This document shows, one piece after another, positions 27,348 through 36,788 of a stretch of DNA of 39,839 nt. This stretch comes from Myxococcota bacterium (GTDB lineage: Bacteria > Myxococcota > XYA12-FULL-58-9 > JALHOP01). The stretch's first letter is position 1; every line of letters begins with the position of its first letter. Below the pieces are notes generated by a model that did no database searches, had not been told where the DNA came from, and was given only the letters and a program-made list of their open reading frames with translations. Both the position numbers and the translations under genes were made by a program. The stretch covers positions 1 through 39,839 of the forward strand of contig JBGGMJ010000127.1 of NCBI GenBank assembly GCA_041288095.1, given 5' to 3'.

Positions 27348-28169
27348 TCAGGCGCCTATCTGCTGCAGCAGGGCCTGCAGCTGGCCGAAGCCGCGGAGGC
27401 GAAAACCATAGCGTGGATCTTCCGGCCAGGCACCGGCTCCACCGAGCAGCAAGGTCACGCCGTGCTCTTGGCATGCGGGCGCCAGTCGTTCGACCTGGCG
27501 AGCGAGCAGCGAGAGGTCGGTGGAAGTCGCCGACGCCGAGAGCGCCACCATGCGAACACCGCCGGCGCGGACGAAACGCGTGAGCTCCTCGGTAGGCGTG
27601 TTGCGGCCGGCCCAGCGCGGCAGCCAGCCGGCCTCGCGCAGGCAAAGCTCGAGCAACGACAAGCCGAGCGTGTGATCTTCGTTCTCGGCGGTGGCGAGCA
27701 AGCACCGTGGTGCGTCATCGCGGATGGGCAAGGACTCGACCAGCATGGTGAGCCCGCGCTGCAGGACCTCGCTTGCCAGATGCTCCTCCACGACCGTCAA
27801 GCGGCCCTCCGACCACCTTCGGCCCGCGGCCTCGAGCACTTGGCCTATCGCCTCGGCGACGCGCCACCAGCAGCCACGAGCCGCGCGCTCGGTGAGCAAG
27901 GCCGCTTGCACTTCGTAGGCGCCGACATCGTTGGTGAGCAGCGTGAGCCAGCGGTCGATGTGCTCCGGCTGCGCGACGCCGCCCTTCTCTAGTCCGTTAC
28001 GGCGGGCAAACGCCAGGACTGTCGCGCGCGCGAAACGCCGGTGGCCGCCCAGCGTCTTCACACATTCGAGCTCGCCGCTCTGGGTCCAACGTTTGACCGT
28101 CGATGGGCCGACCCCCAAGGTGAGCGCGACCTCGCCGCTGGTCAAAAGCTCCAGGGAATCCTCGCCCAT
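27348..28169 (-). CDS. MerR/excisionase-type HTH + cobalamin-binding regulator (CarH/LitR-like)
   Basis: HTH LTSGEVALTLGVGPSTVKRW..KTLGGHRRF; W-x9-EH (WSEGRLTVVEEH); ExHxxG (EDHTLG); C-terminal LLGG. Confidence 0.85.
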   Translation of the reverse strand: MGEDSLELLTSGEVALTLGVGPSTVKRWTQSGELECVKTLGGHRRFARATVLAFARRNGLEKGGVAQPEHIDRWLTLLTNDVGAYEVQAALLTERAARGCWWRVAEAIGQVLEAAGRRWSEGRLTVVEEHLASEVLQRGLTMLVESLPIRDDAPRCLLATAENEDHTLGLSLLELCLREAGWLPRWAGRNTPTEELTRFVRAGGVRMVALSASATSTDLSLLARQVERLAPACQEHGVTLLLGGAGAWPEDPRYGFRLRGFGQLQALLQQIGA

Positions 28170-28200
28170 GAGGCTGAAAGCTGGCCGTTTTGGGCGTTTC

Positions 28201-28243
28201 TGTCAATCTTGGACGTTGACAATCCGGCCGAAACGCCTAGTTT
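28201..28243. promoter_or_regulatory. Divergent promoter/operator with inverted TTGACA boxes
   Basis: TGTCAA-N9-TTGACA palindrome; plus strand TTGACA-N16-TAGTTT-N6-ATG(28250). Confidence 0.6.
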
Positions 28244-28249
28244 TGCCGC

Positions 28250-29734
28250 ATGCGCGTCGTCATTAGCGGTGCCACTGGTTTCCTCGGACGGGCCTTGGTT
28301 TTGCGCTTGCTGCGCGATGGCCATCAGCTCACTGCCCTTGCCCGCTCGCCTCAGGCAGCGGCTTCGCGCCTCGGCGGTGACGTGCGCGTGGTCGACGTCG
28401 GTAATGCCTCGGCGGTGCAAGCCGCGATGGCGGACGCCGAAGCGGTGGTGAATCTCGCGGGCGAGTCGGTCGCGCATCGTTGGACCGCCAAGCGCAAGGC
28501 GGCTTTGCGCGCGAGCCGGATCGACACGACCAAAAACCTCATCGACAGCGCCGAGCGCGCGGGGTCATCGCTCCGCGTTTTCGTTTCGGCGAGCGCCATC
28601 GGCATCTATGGCGATACCGGGGACGATACGGTCGACGAGACAGCCGCTCCAGCGGACGACTTCCTCGCGGCCCTCTGCGGAGAGTGGGAAGCCGCCGCGC
28701 GCGATGCCGAGAAGCTGAGCGCTCGCGTCGCCATCATGCGCTTCGGTGTCGTGCTGGGTGAAGGAGGCGGCGCACTCGCCACCTTGCTGCCGATGTTCAG
28801 GAGCGGCGTCGGCGGCAAGCTGGGAGATGGCCGCCAGTGGTTCTCCTGGGTTCACTTGCTGGACGCCTGCGAAGCCATCGCGCAAGCCCTGACCGACGAC
28901 CGCTATCACGGCGCGATGAACGTGACCGCGCCGACGCCGGTCACCAACGCCGAATTCACCCGCACGCTCGGCGAGATTCTCAGTCGGCCGACGATGCTCA
29001 CGACGCCGAAGATCGCCGTGAAGCTCGCGCTCGGCGAAGCGGCGTCGGCGGTCCTTTCCTCGCAACGCGTCGTCCCGGCGCGCCTCACGCAGCTTGGTTT
29101 CACCTTCGCGTACCCTGAGCTCGACGGTGCTCTGCGGGAGATCACGCACGCCAGCCCCACCGTCACGGTGCGTCCTATAGGAGGCGAGCTTCCAGCCCAT
29201 CCTTACGTCGCGGCGCGCCGACCTACGCATGTGTTATCGCAGCGCACCGTGATCGACGCGCCGCTCACCGAGGTCTTGCCGTTTTTCGCCAAAGCCGAAA
29301 ACCTCGGCGCCATCACACCGCCGGACATGGCGTTCACCATCACCACAGCGGTGCCGCTCACGATGGCCAACGACCTGGTCATCGACTACCGCATCGTCAT
29401 CGGCGGCTTGCCTCTCAAGTGGCGGACCATCATCGAAGAGTGGCGGCCCGGCGAGGGCTTCACCGACGCGCAGCATCGCGGCCCCTACCGGTCGTGGTTC
29501 CACGAGCACCGCTTTCGCGCGGACGGCAACCGCACCATCATGGAGGACCAGGTCTGGTACGCCCTGCCCTTCGGTCCGCTCGGGCGACTGGTGAACGCGC
29601 TGCAGGTGCGCGGGATGCTGCGCCGCATCTTCGAATACCGCGCTACGCGCATCGCGTTACGCTTCGGCGGAGGTCACGCGAAGCAAGCGCGCGCCACCGC
29701 GACGACGCTCTCACCGAGCGCCAGCGTGTCGTAA
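28250..29734 (+). CDS. TIGR01777 (YfcH/SDR39U1-like) NAD-dependent epimerase fused to an SRPBCC domain
   Basis: [41 protein letters not shown]-terminal [24 protein letters not shown]. Confidence 0.88.
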   Translation: MRVVISGATGFLGRALVLRLLRDGHQLTALARSPQAAASRLGGDVRVVDVGNASAVQAAMADAEAVVNLAGESVAHRWTAKRKAALRASRIDTTKNLIDSAERAGSSLRVFVSASAIGIYGDTGDDTVDETAAPADDFLAALCGEWEAAARDAEKLSARVAIMRFGVVLGEGGGALATLLPMFRSGVGGKLGDGRQWFSWVHLLDACEAIAQALTDDRYHGAMNVTAPTPVTNAEFTRTLGEILSRPTMLTTPKIAVKLALGEAASAVLSSQRVVPARLTQLGFTFAYPELDGALREITHASPTVTVRPIGGELPAHPYVAARRPTHVLSQRTVIDAPLTEVLPFFAKAENLGAITPPDMAFTITTAVPLTMANDLVIDYRIVIGGLPLKWRTIIEEWRPGEGFTDAQHRGPYRSWFHEHRFRADGNRTIMEDQVWYALPFGPLGRLVNALQVRGMLRRIFEYRATRIALRFGGGHAKQARATATTLSPSASVS

Positions 29735-30582
29735 CCACCCTCGAGCACGAACGCCACCGGAGTGGCGCCGGCGCGACGCAAGATGCGCTCCGCCATGGCG
29801 GCGTAGCCTTCGGTGCTGACTTCACAGCTCGCCAAAGGGTCGCGGGTATGCGCATCGAAGCCGGCGCTGACGATGACGAGCTCGGGCGCCACGTGCGCGT
29901 AGAAGTCGCCGGTCGCCTCGTCGATGGCGGCCAAATACTCGGCGTCGCCGCTGCCGGCGCGCACCGGGTGGTTGAGAGTCGCGCCCACGCCTTCCCCCGC
30001 GCCGCGCTCGTCACGCGAGCCGCTACCCGGGTAGAGCGGCCACTGGTGCACCGAGAAGTAGCCGACGGTCGCGTCGTGATAAAAGATGTCCTGCGTGCCG
30101 TTACCATGGTGCACGTCCCAATCGATGATCAGCGTGCGCTTACCCGAGGCGCGCGCCGCGATGGCGACGTTGTTGAAGAGACAGAACCCCATGGGCTCTT
30201 TGGCCGTGGCATGGTGGCCGGGTGGGCGTAGCAGCGCGAGGCCGCGCTTGGCCTCACCCTCTATGAGCCGTGTCGTCAGCTCGACGGTACTGCCGGCGGC
30301 CCGCCGCGCGATGTCGTACGACTCACGCGTGACGTAGGTGTCGGCGTCGATGGAGCCGCCACCCATCCCGGCGACGCCTTGGACGAGCTCGATGTGCTGA
30401 GGCGTGTGCACCGCGGATAGCTCCGCGTCGGTACACGAACGTGGCTCGATCTCGGTGAAGGGCAACTTCACCTTGGCGAGCGCCTCGTCGATGGCGAGGA
30501 GGCGCTCCGGACGCTCGGGATGTCCTTGCGGTCCGCGATGCCGGACATGACTCGAATCACGGACCAAGAGGACCGTGGTCAC
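29674..30582 (-). CDS. Zn-dependent histone deacetylase family protein (HDAC/AcuC/AphA)
   Basis: [45 protein letters not shown]. Confidence 0.92.
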   Translation of the reverse strand: MTTVLLVRDSSHVRHRGPQGHPERPERLLAIDEALAKVKLPFTEIEPRSCTDAELSAVHTPQHIELVQGVAGMGGGSIDADTYVTRESYDIARRAAGSTVELTTRLIEGEAKRGLALLRPPGHHATAKEPMGFCLFNNVAIAARASGKRTLIIDWDVHHGNGTQDIFYHDATVGYFSVHQWPLYPGSGSRDERGAGEGVGATLNHPVRAGSGDAEYLAAIDEATGDFYAHVAPELVIVSAGFDAHTRDPLASCEVSTEGYAAMAERILRRAGATPVAFVLEGGYDTLALGESVVAVARACFA

Positions 30583-30920
30583 GCCTTGGAGCCAATCTTC
30601 AACCGGTTGAGCTCACGCCCGAGGCGGCCGGTGAGCGCCAGGAACAGCATCTTCCAGTCGCCCATGAACGACCAGACCGGATAGGTGAAGGTCGCTGGCC
30701 GGTTCTTCTCGATGGTGAAGTGCGAGAGCCAGGCGAGGCCGTACGAGGCCACGAGCGCCGCCGGAACCAGGGCCCAGCGCTGGGTCACGATGGCGAAGAC
30801 GAAGAGCGCCGCGCCCACCGTCGTGCCGACGAAGTGGATGACCCGGGTCGACCCCCGGGCATGCTCTCCCAGGTAGTAGGGCCAGAACTCACCAAAGGTG
30901 CGATAGCGCTCACCCGCCAT
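30579..30920 (-). CDS. DUF962 (Mpo1-like) membrane protein
   Basis: [36 protein letters not shown]. Confidence 0.88.
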   Translation of the reverse strand: MAGERYRTFGEFWPYYLGEHARGSTRVIHFVGTTVGAALFVFAIVTQRWALVPAALVASYGLAWLSHFTIEKNRPATFTYPVWSFMGDWKMLFLALTGRLGRELNRLKIGSKA

Positions 30921-30984
30921 GCCGAAGATCCTAATGGCGCATTCCCCCGTTTGGCAATCGCCTCCGGGGCGCTATCTTGGGCCC

Positions 30985-31770
30985 ATGGGATTTCTGGAAG
31001 ATACGATTCTCGAGCCGAGCCGCAAGCGTCCTGTCCTCGTCGACTTTTGGGCGCCTTGGTGCGGCCCGTGCCGAACGCTGGGTCCGGTCCTCGACCGGGT
31101 CGCGGCGAAGAACCCGACGCGCTTCACCCTCGTGAAAGTCGACACCGATCAGCACCAGGACATCGCGGCGCGCTTCCGCGTCCAGAGCATCCCCGCGGTG
31201 AAGCTGTTCGATCAAGCGAAGGTCATCGCCGAGTTCGTTGGCGCGCTGCCGGAGCGCGAAGTCCTTGCGTGGCTCGACCGCGTGTTGCCAACCGACGAAG
31301 GTCGCGCGCTCGCCGCGGCGAAGGAGGCCATGCACAAGGGAGACCGGGCCGCCGCCCTCGCGGCACTGCACGGGCGCATCCACGAGGATACGAAGTCCTC
31401 GGAGGCACGCGCCTTGTACGCGGTCCTCGCCTACTTCGAGCACCGCGAGCACGCGCTGGCGCTGGCGGCCACCGTCCGCGAAGGCGACGTCGGCTTCGAT
31501 CTGGCGAGCGCCGTGACCGAGCTGGATGGGTTGGATGACAAGGTGGAGGGAAAGCCCGAAGCGGTTGCGAGCTACCAGCGCGGGATCGCGAGCTTCAAGG
31601 CCGCGAACTTCGGCGAGGCAGCCGCCGCCTGGATCGAGTCCATGAAGCTCTCGCGGCAGGTGGCGCAAGACGGCGCCAAGCGCGCGCTCATCGCCCTGTT
31701 CAAGCTCCTCGGCGAACAAGACCCCGTCACCCTCGAGTACCGCCGCGCCTTCGCGTCCGCGCTCTACTGA
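30985..31770 (+). CDS. Thioredoxin-TPR chaperedoxin (YbbN/CnoX-like)
   Basis: VDFWAPWCGPC, VQSIPAV, helical C-terminus ending YRRAFASALY. Confidence 0.88.
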   Translation: MGFLEDTILEPSRKRPVLVDFWAPWCGPCRTLGPVLDRVAAKNPTRFTLVKVDTDQHQDIAARFRVQSIPAVKLFDQAKVIAEFVGALPEREVLAWLDRVLPTDEGRALAAAKEAMHKGDRAAALAALHGRIHEDTKSSEARALYAVLAYFEHREHALALAATVREGDVGFDLASAVTELDGLDDKVEGKPEAVASYQRGIASFKAANFGEAAAAWIESMKLSRQVAQDGAKRALIALFKLLGEQDPVTLEYRRAFASALY

Positions 31771-32393
31771 GCAGGGAGAAGCGCGGCGCGCACCGGCGAG
31801 GCGTCGCCCTCGGCGAGCCGAAGTGGCAAGGCGATCAGCGTGTACGCCCCCGCTGCCACATGGGCGAGGACGATGGCTTCGAGCACCGCCATGTCGTGGA
31901 ACTGCACGGCGTTGTGCGCCAGCAGCTCGCGGTCGGCGAAGGGGTCGACCGAGGGAGTGTCGATGCCGATGAGGCGGACGCCTCGCGCCGCGAGGTAATC
32001 GACGAGCTCCGGCGACAAGCTCGCGAAGTCGGTGTTGAAGACGTTCGGGTCGGGGAAGGTACCGGTCTTGAGCAAGACGCGGGGCGAAGTGATGCGAGCG
32101 CCCGCGAGATGGCTCGACGAGATGCGCTCACCCCGAGCAACGTTCACGTGCACGACGTCGCACGCACCGTAGTAGAGCTCGAGGTCCCGCTCGCCGATCG
32201 CCGCGCCGTGGCGACCATAATGGCTCGGCGCATCGGCATGAGCGCCGATGTGCAGCGTCGTGGTGATGGCCGACAAGGTGAGGTTGTCGCCCTTCTTCAT
32301 GTCGAGCGCCACCGCCCGCGAAAACGGCACATCGCCGGGCCAGACCGCCGTAGCGGACGAGAGCACCGGCGAGATGTCGATGAGCTTCGTCAC
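31764..32393 (-). CDS. kynB: Cyclase family protein, kynurenine formamidase-like
   Basis: IDISP..AVWPGD, HIGAHADAPSH, GIDTPSVDP, DASPVRA. GTG 32393 overlaps the upstream stop (GTGA). Confidence 0.8.
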   Translation of the reverse strand: MTKLIDISPVLSSATAVWPGDVPFSRAVALDMKKGDNLTLSAITTTLHIGAHADAPSHYGRHGAAIGERDLELYYGACDVVHVNVARGERISSSHLAGARITSPRVLLKTGTFPDPNVFNTDFASLSPELVDYLAARGVRLIGIDTPSVDPFADRELLAHNAVQFHDMAVLEAIVLAHVAAGAYTLIALPLRLAEGDASPVRAALLPAQ

Positions 32394-33289
32394 CGGTCGA
32401 GAACGTTGCGGTCGCCGCGGTAGACCTCGACATCGTCTTCGTCGAACTCCACGTTGGTGGCGCCCCGCTCCACCGGCTTCAACGACACCACAGCCGAGCC
32501 GGTACCCCAGATGGGCTCGTACGCCAGCACACGACCCTCGTAATCGTTGTTCTGACCCATGAGGGCCGCGAGCCACCAGACCGCCTTGAACCTCTGGTCG
32601 GCGTTCGCCTCGCGGAAGAACTGGCGCGCCAGCTGTGACACGTCTTCGAGACGTCCGTTCCCCAGGAACTCGAGGATCTTCCGGTTCCACTCGTCGTCTT
32701 TCAGCGACGAGATGCGGTCGCTCTTCGGCTCGATGAACTCGGTGACCATGCGGTTCGAGAGCTGCGTGACCGCGATAGCGACCACCTTCTTACCGAGTTG
32801 CATGGCGGCATCGCGCGCCGCCTTGCCGAGGACGATGGTTTCGGCGCGGTCCGCGTACATGTTGCACGAGACCACGCACGCGGGGATGCGGTTCTCCGGA
32901 TTGAGCAGCTTCAAGGCCGTGATGGTGCCCGTGTCGATTGGAAAGCCTTTGTACGCCACGGTCCGCGCCGTCAGGCCGCGCTTCTTGGCCGCGGCTTCGT
33001 ATGCCGCGGCGTACTCGGCATCGATGGAGAAGCTGTACGGGATCTCGCCCAAGTCATGCCATTCGTGATCGACGTGCACCCAGGTTGGCGAAGGGTCCGC
33101 CTGGATCTGGTGGCCGATCACCGACAGCCACTTGGTGCTGTAGATCATGATGAGATCGGCATCCGACGCGGCGATCTCCTCGCGCACCGTGCCGAACGCA
33201 TCGGCGAGCTTGCGATAGCCCGGCGCCGCATCGGGTGTGAGCAACGGCTGCGGCTTTCCCGGAACGATGTAACCACGCACGACGCTCAT
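32390..33289 (-). CDS. amnA: 2-aminophenol 1,6-dioxygenase alpha subunit-like (LigB fold, non-catalytic)
   Basis: YSTKWLSVIGH, HVDHEWHDLG, GFPIDTGT, YEPIWGTGSAVV. ATG 33289 overlaps the beta-subunit stop. Confidence 0.8.
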   Translation of the reverse strand: MSVVRGYIVPGKPQPLLTPDAAPGYRKLADAFGTVREEIAASDADLIMIYSTKWLSVIGHQIQADPSPTWVHVDHEWHDLGEIPYSFSIDAEYAAAYEAAAKKRGLTARTVAYKGFPIDTGTITALKLLNPENRIPACVVSCNMYADRAETIVLGKAARDAAMQLGKKVVAIAVTQLSNRMVTEFIEPKSDRISSLKDDEWNRKILEFLGNGRLEDVSQLARQFFREANADQRFKAVWWLAALMGQNNDYEGRVLAYEPIWGTGSAVVSLKPVERGATNVEFDEDDVEVYRGDRNVLDR

Positions 33290-34170
33290 GCGGCCTCCAT
33301 GTCCCAGCTGACGACAGCGTTGCCGGTACCGATGACCGTGCCGTAGGCGTGCACCTCGGCCGGATGCGTGGGGAAGCCCATCGCCGACAACAAGAACGTG
33401 AGCGATCCCGCCCGCGCCTCGCTCACCGACTGGTCGATGAAGTCGGGCATCTCGTCGAGGAGCTCGCGCGCCTTCCCGGCCTTGAGCAGCTTCACCACGT
33501 GCATGTCCCAGAGGTACTGGTTGTGGTTGTAGATGCGCTCGTACGACATGTCCTCGGGGACACCGGGCTCGGTCGTGAAGTGGCGGTGCGACAGCGAGCA
33601 CGAGGAGATGACGAGCGCCCTGCGCCCGAGCTTCTCGACGGCGCGCCGCGCGGCCTGCCCCAAGGCGATCATCTGGCGGTCGCCGACGTCGTTGCCGAAG
33701 TAGTCATAAGCCGCGTTAGCGGACACGCCGACGATGGGCTTGTCCCAGTCGGGGTTCACCATGTGGCAGGCGGTCACGGTGCCGTAGTCGATGCGGAACT
33801 TGGGGTTGCGCATCATCTTGGTGACCAGGCCCTGCGAGGCCGCTTCAGCGCACATGGCCTCGGCGAGCGGGACGTCGACCTTCAGGTCGTAGTGGAAGCG
33901 AAAGAGGTTGGGAAAGATCGGATCGACCGACAAGCTCTTGAAGTGCGGCACACCCAGGAAATGGTGGCCAACCACGGTCCGCCAGTGGGGCGAGTGGACG
34001 ATGATGACGTCGTAATCTTTCTTCTTCAGCTTGGCGCGAAGCGCGTCATAGCCCCAGCGCAGGACTTCCCAGCCGCCCTCGGCGCGCGGCTCGTTCTGCT
34101 TGGGGTTGTCGGCGTACACCAGGTGCGGCGGGTGCGGGGCGAGAGCCCCCATGACGATGCGTCCACTCAT
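33286..34170 (-). CDS. amnB: 2-aminophenol 1,6-dioxygenase beta (catalytic) subunit
   Basis: LAPHPPHLVY..NEPRAEGGWEVLRW, HSPHW, SVDPIFPN, MMRNPKFRIDYGT, LSHRHF, YGTVIGTGNAV closely follow AmnB/CnbCb. Fe-ligand His/His/Glu and catalytic Tyr/His positions appear present. Confidence 0.88.
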   Translation of the reverse strand: MSGRIVMGALAPHPPHLVYADNPKQNEPRAEGGWEVLRWGYDALRAKLKKKDYDVIIVHSPHWRTVVGHHFLGVPHFKSLSVDPIFPNLFRFHYDLKVDVPLAEAMCAEAASQGLVTKMMRNPKFRIDYGTVTACHMVNPDWDKPIVGVSANAAYDYFGNDVGDRQMIALGQAARRAVEKLGRRALVISSCSLSHRHFTTEPGVPEDMSYERIYNHNQYLWDMHVVKLLKAGKARELLDEMPDFIDQSVSEARAGSLTFLLSAMGFPTHPAEVHAYGTVIGTGNAVVSWDMEAA

Positions 34171-35603
34171 AAGGCCACACAAACGTTACGGGCCTCGCTG
34201 AAGGTCTCGAGCGAATACACTCCGCCTTCGCGGCCGAGGCCACTGTCTTTCATTCCACCGAAGGGTACGCGCAGATCGCGCATCATCCAGGTGTTCACCC
34301 AGACCATGCCGCTGTCGATGGCGGCGGCGACCCGATGCGCGCGTGACAGGTCGCGGGTCCATACCGACGCGGCAAGCCCGTAGCGCACTTCGTTGGCCAT
34401 GCTGATGGCGCGAGCGTCGTCGTCGAATGGATGCACGGTGACGACCGGCCCGAAGATCTCCTCGGTCGCCGCGCGCGCCTTCGACGACAGGCCGGTGACG
34501 ATGGTCGGCTCTAGGAAGAAGCCGTTGGCGAGCGCCCCCGCGAGCTTTGGTCTGCCACCGCCATGAACGATCTTACCGCCCTCTTCCTGCGCCAGCTTGA
34601 TGTAGCCTTCGACCTTCTCGCGGTGCGCGGCGGACACCAGAGCACCGAGCTGCGTCGACGGGTCTTTGGGATCACCGACGCGCATCTTGGCGAGACGGTC
34701 GACCATGCCCTGCACGACCTCGTCGTGAATCGACTGCTCGACCAACACGCGTGAGCCGCACAGGCAGATCTGTCCCTGATTGGTGAACCCCGAGCGCACC
34801 GCGCCTTCGATGGCTTTTGCTCGGTCGGCGTCGGCGAAGATGAGCGTCGGGTTCTTACCGCCGAGCTCGAGCGACGTCTTGCGGAAGGAAGCAGCGGTGG
34901 CCTCGGCGACCTTGGCGCCGGTCGACGTCCCGCCGGTGAACGAGACGAGCTTCACATCGCGATGGCGGACCAGCGCGTCGCCAGCTTCCGCGCCGTAACC
35001 GTGCACGACGTTGAACACGCCCGGGGGCAAGCCGACATCACGCACGATGTCCGCTAACGCGTGCGCGGTCAGCGGCGTGAGCTCGCTCGGCTTGCAGACG
35101 ACGGTGTTGCCCATCGCCAATGCGGGCGCGGCCTTCCACGACAGCAGGTACAACGGCAGGTTCCACGGCGTGATCAGCGCGCAGACCCCGACCGGCTTGC
35201 GCAACGTGTAGTTGATGGCGGACTGGTCGACGGGGTGAAAACCCGGATTGTCGTGCAACACCGCGTTGGCGAAGAAGCGAAAGTTCGCGATGGCACGCGG
35301 GATGTCCATGCTGGCCGCCAGCGCGACCGGCTTCCCCGTGTCGAGCGACTCGAGGTTCGTGAGCTCCTCGGCGCGGGCTTCGAGCTTCTCGGCGATGCGC
35401 AGCAGATACCGCGAGCGCTCCTGCGTCGAAAGGCGCGCCCAACCTGGCTGGGCCTCGCGCGCCGCGGCCACGGCGGCGTCCACTTCGGCTTGGCCGGAGC
35501 GCGGTACCCAAGCGATCACCTCACCCGTCGCGGGCGAGACGTTGTCGATGCTCGCGGCGGTGCTCTTCCACTCGCCACCGATGAAGTTTCGAATCTCACG
35601 CAT
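34167..35603 (-). CDS. 2-aminomuconate/2-hydroxymuconate semialdehyde dehydrogenase (AmnC/ALDH8-like)
   Basis: DIPRAIANFRFFA, PWNLPLYLLSWK, LELGGKNP, NQGQICLCGSR, EEIFGPV, WMMRDLRVPFGG. Confidence 0.88.
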   Translation of the reverse strand: MREIRNFIGGEWKSTAASIDNVSPATGEVIAWVPRSGQAEVDAAVAAAREAQPGWARLSTQERSRYLLRIAEKLEARAEELTNLESLDTGKPVALAASMDIPRAIANFRFFANAVLHDNPGFHPVDQSAINYTLRKPVGVCALITPWNLPLYLLSWKAAPALAMGNTVVCKPSELTPLTAHALADIVRDVGLPPGVFNVVHGYGAEAGDALVRHRDVKLVSFTGGTSTGAKVAEATAASFRKTSLELGGKNPTLIFADADRAKAIEGAVRSGFTNQGQICLCGSRVLVEQSIHDEVVQGMVDRLAKMRVGDPKDPSTQLGALVSAAHREKVEGYIKLAQEEGGKIVHGGGRPKLAGALANGFFLEPTIVTGLSSKARAATEEIFGPVVTVHPFDDDARAISMANEVRYGLAASVWTRDLSRAHRVAAAIDSGMVWVNTWMMRDLRVPFGGMKDSGLGREGGVYSLETFSEARNVCVAL

Positions 35604-35612
35604 AGAACGACC

Positions 35613-36788
35613 TCACAGCGCGTTACCGCCGCCCTTCATCGAGTCCCAAGACGACGAACCAAAGCCTTCACCCGGCCCGCTGATGCCGAACTGCTCCGAC
35701 TGCGCTTGCCAGTCGTAGTACCAACGGTCGCGATCCGGATCCCACTCGTCCCAGGTCGGAATCCTCTCGAGCGCCGAGAGCCGGTCCTTGGGGACGACGC
35801 CGGGCACGATGAACGCCTTCTGCTTGTAGAGCGGATACGGATTGCGCAGCTCGAAGCCGAGCACACCCAGCACGGCGCGCGCGATGTACCAGGTCGCCTG
35901 CGGGTTCCACCCATGAGCGATCTTGATCATGACGCCGAGACCATCCGGGTAGTCGGGATGAATGATGCTCAAGGCGAGCAAACCGTCGGCGCCTTCCTTG
36001 GCGATGACCTTGCCGCCGCACGCCTTCATGACCGTGCTGTCCAGGCGGTTGAAGCCGCCGACGAGATCCGGATGCTCGATCATCGAGGCCCAGATCCAAT
36101 CTTCGTCACGCGTCGCCGCGAGTCCGGCGAAGACCTTGGCGAGCTCGCCGACGGTCATCGACACGGTGGGAAAGCCGTCACCATCGCGCGCGACCCGCAG
36201 CGGCTGCCAGTCGGTCCCGAGAAAGCGGCGGACCTGCTGCATGTACGCCTGGAAGAAGGGATGGCGCGGCAGCGTGTAACCGACGCGGCTCCAGTTCTTC
36301 AAACGGCAGCCCCTCAAGATGGCGGCGTGCTGCCCCGAGCTGTTGTTGTACCAGCGGCGCGGCCGGCGGACCTGCCGCCCGAACTGCACCAGCGGCACAT
36401 CGAGCGGTGTCTGCATGAGACCCCACTCGGACGGGTCGAGCAACGACTGCGCGGCGGCGACATGCTCGGCGGTGCCGTTGTGCGAGGCGACCGCGATAGC
36501 ACGCTGCTGTGAATTGGTGATCGGCTCGAGATCCTTCGCGAAGACCTTGAGCATCACCGGCTTCATGCAGCTGCGGCCGTAGCAGAGGACGTTGCCGCCG
36601 AAGGAATGGATGATCTCGTTGCCCGATGCCCAGGCGACCGCGCCGTGGATGGTGGTCTCGGAGACACCGTTACGCCGATAGTCGACCAACGGCTGCCATT
36701 CGACGTCACGCCCAGTGGGGATGCGCGCGTCGGAATCACCGAGTGGTGAGGTCGGGTAAACGTCTCGGCCGACGGTAGGCATGGTCAT
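35613..36788 (-). CDS. Class 3 (Rhizobium-type, asparaginase II) asparaginase-like hydrolase with altered metal site
   Basis: RSCMKP, ASHNGTAEH, NNSSGQHA, RDGDG, AKEGADG. ATG 36788 overlaps the upstream stop. Confidence 0.78.
   Translation of the reverse strand: MTMPTVGRDVYPTSPLGDSDARIPTGRDVEWQPLVDYRRNGVSETTIHGAVAWASGNEIIHSFGGNVLCYGRSCMKPVMLKVFAKDLEPITNSQQRAIAVASHNGTAEHVAAAQSLLDPSEWGLMQTPLDVPLVQFGRQVRRPRRWYNNSSGQHAAILRGCRLKNWSRVGYTLPRHPFFQAYMQQVRRFLGTDWQPLRVARDGDGFPTVSMTVGELAKVFAGLAATRDEDWIWASMIEHPDLVGGFNRLDSTVMKACGGKVIAKEGADGLLALSIIHPDYPDGLGVMIKIAHGWNPQATWYIARAVLGVLGFELRNPYPLYKQKAFIVPGVVPKDRLSALERIPTWDEWDPDRDRWYYDWQAQSEQFGISGPGEGFGSSSWDSMKGGGNAL

Noticed and set aside
29674..29734. Convergent 3' overlaps (61 bp here; 45 bp at 24765-24809)
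   Set aside because: The overlapping tails are low-complexity and outside conserved domains; common in GC-rich genomes where stop codons are rare.
26078..30582. Histone and histone deacetylase family genes within 4.5 kb as a chromatin-modification system
   Set aside because: Different transcription units separated by three unrelated genes. Bacterial HDAC-family enzymes are widespread and act on polyamines or other proteins, and the histone has almost no tail.
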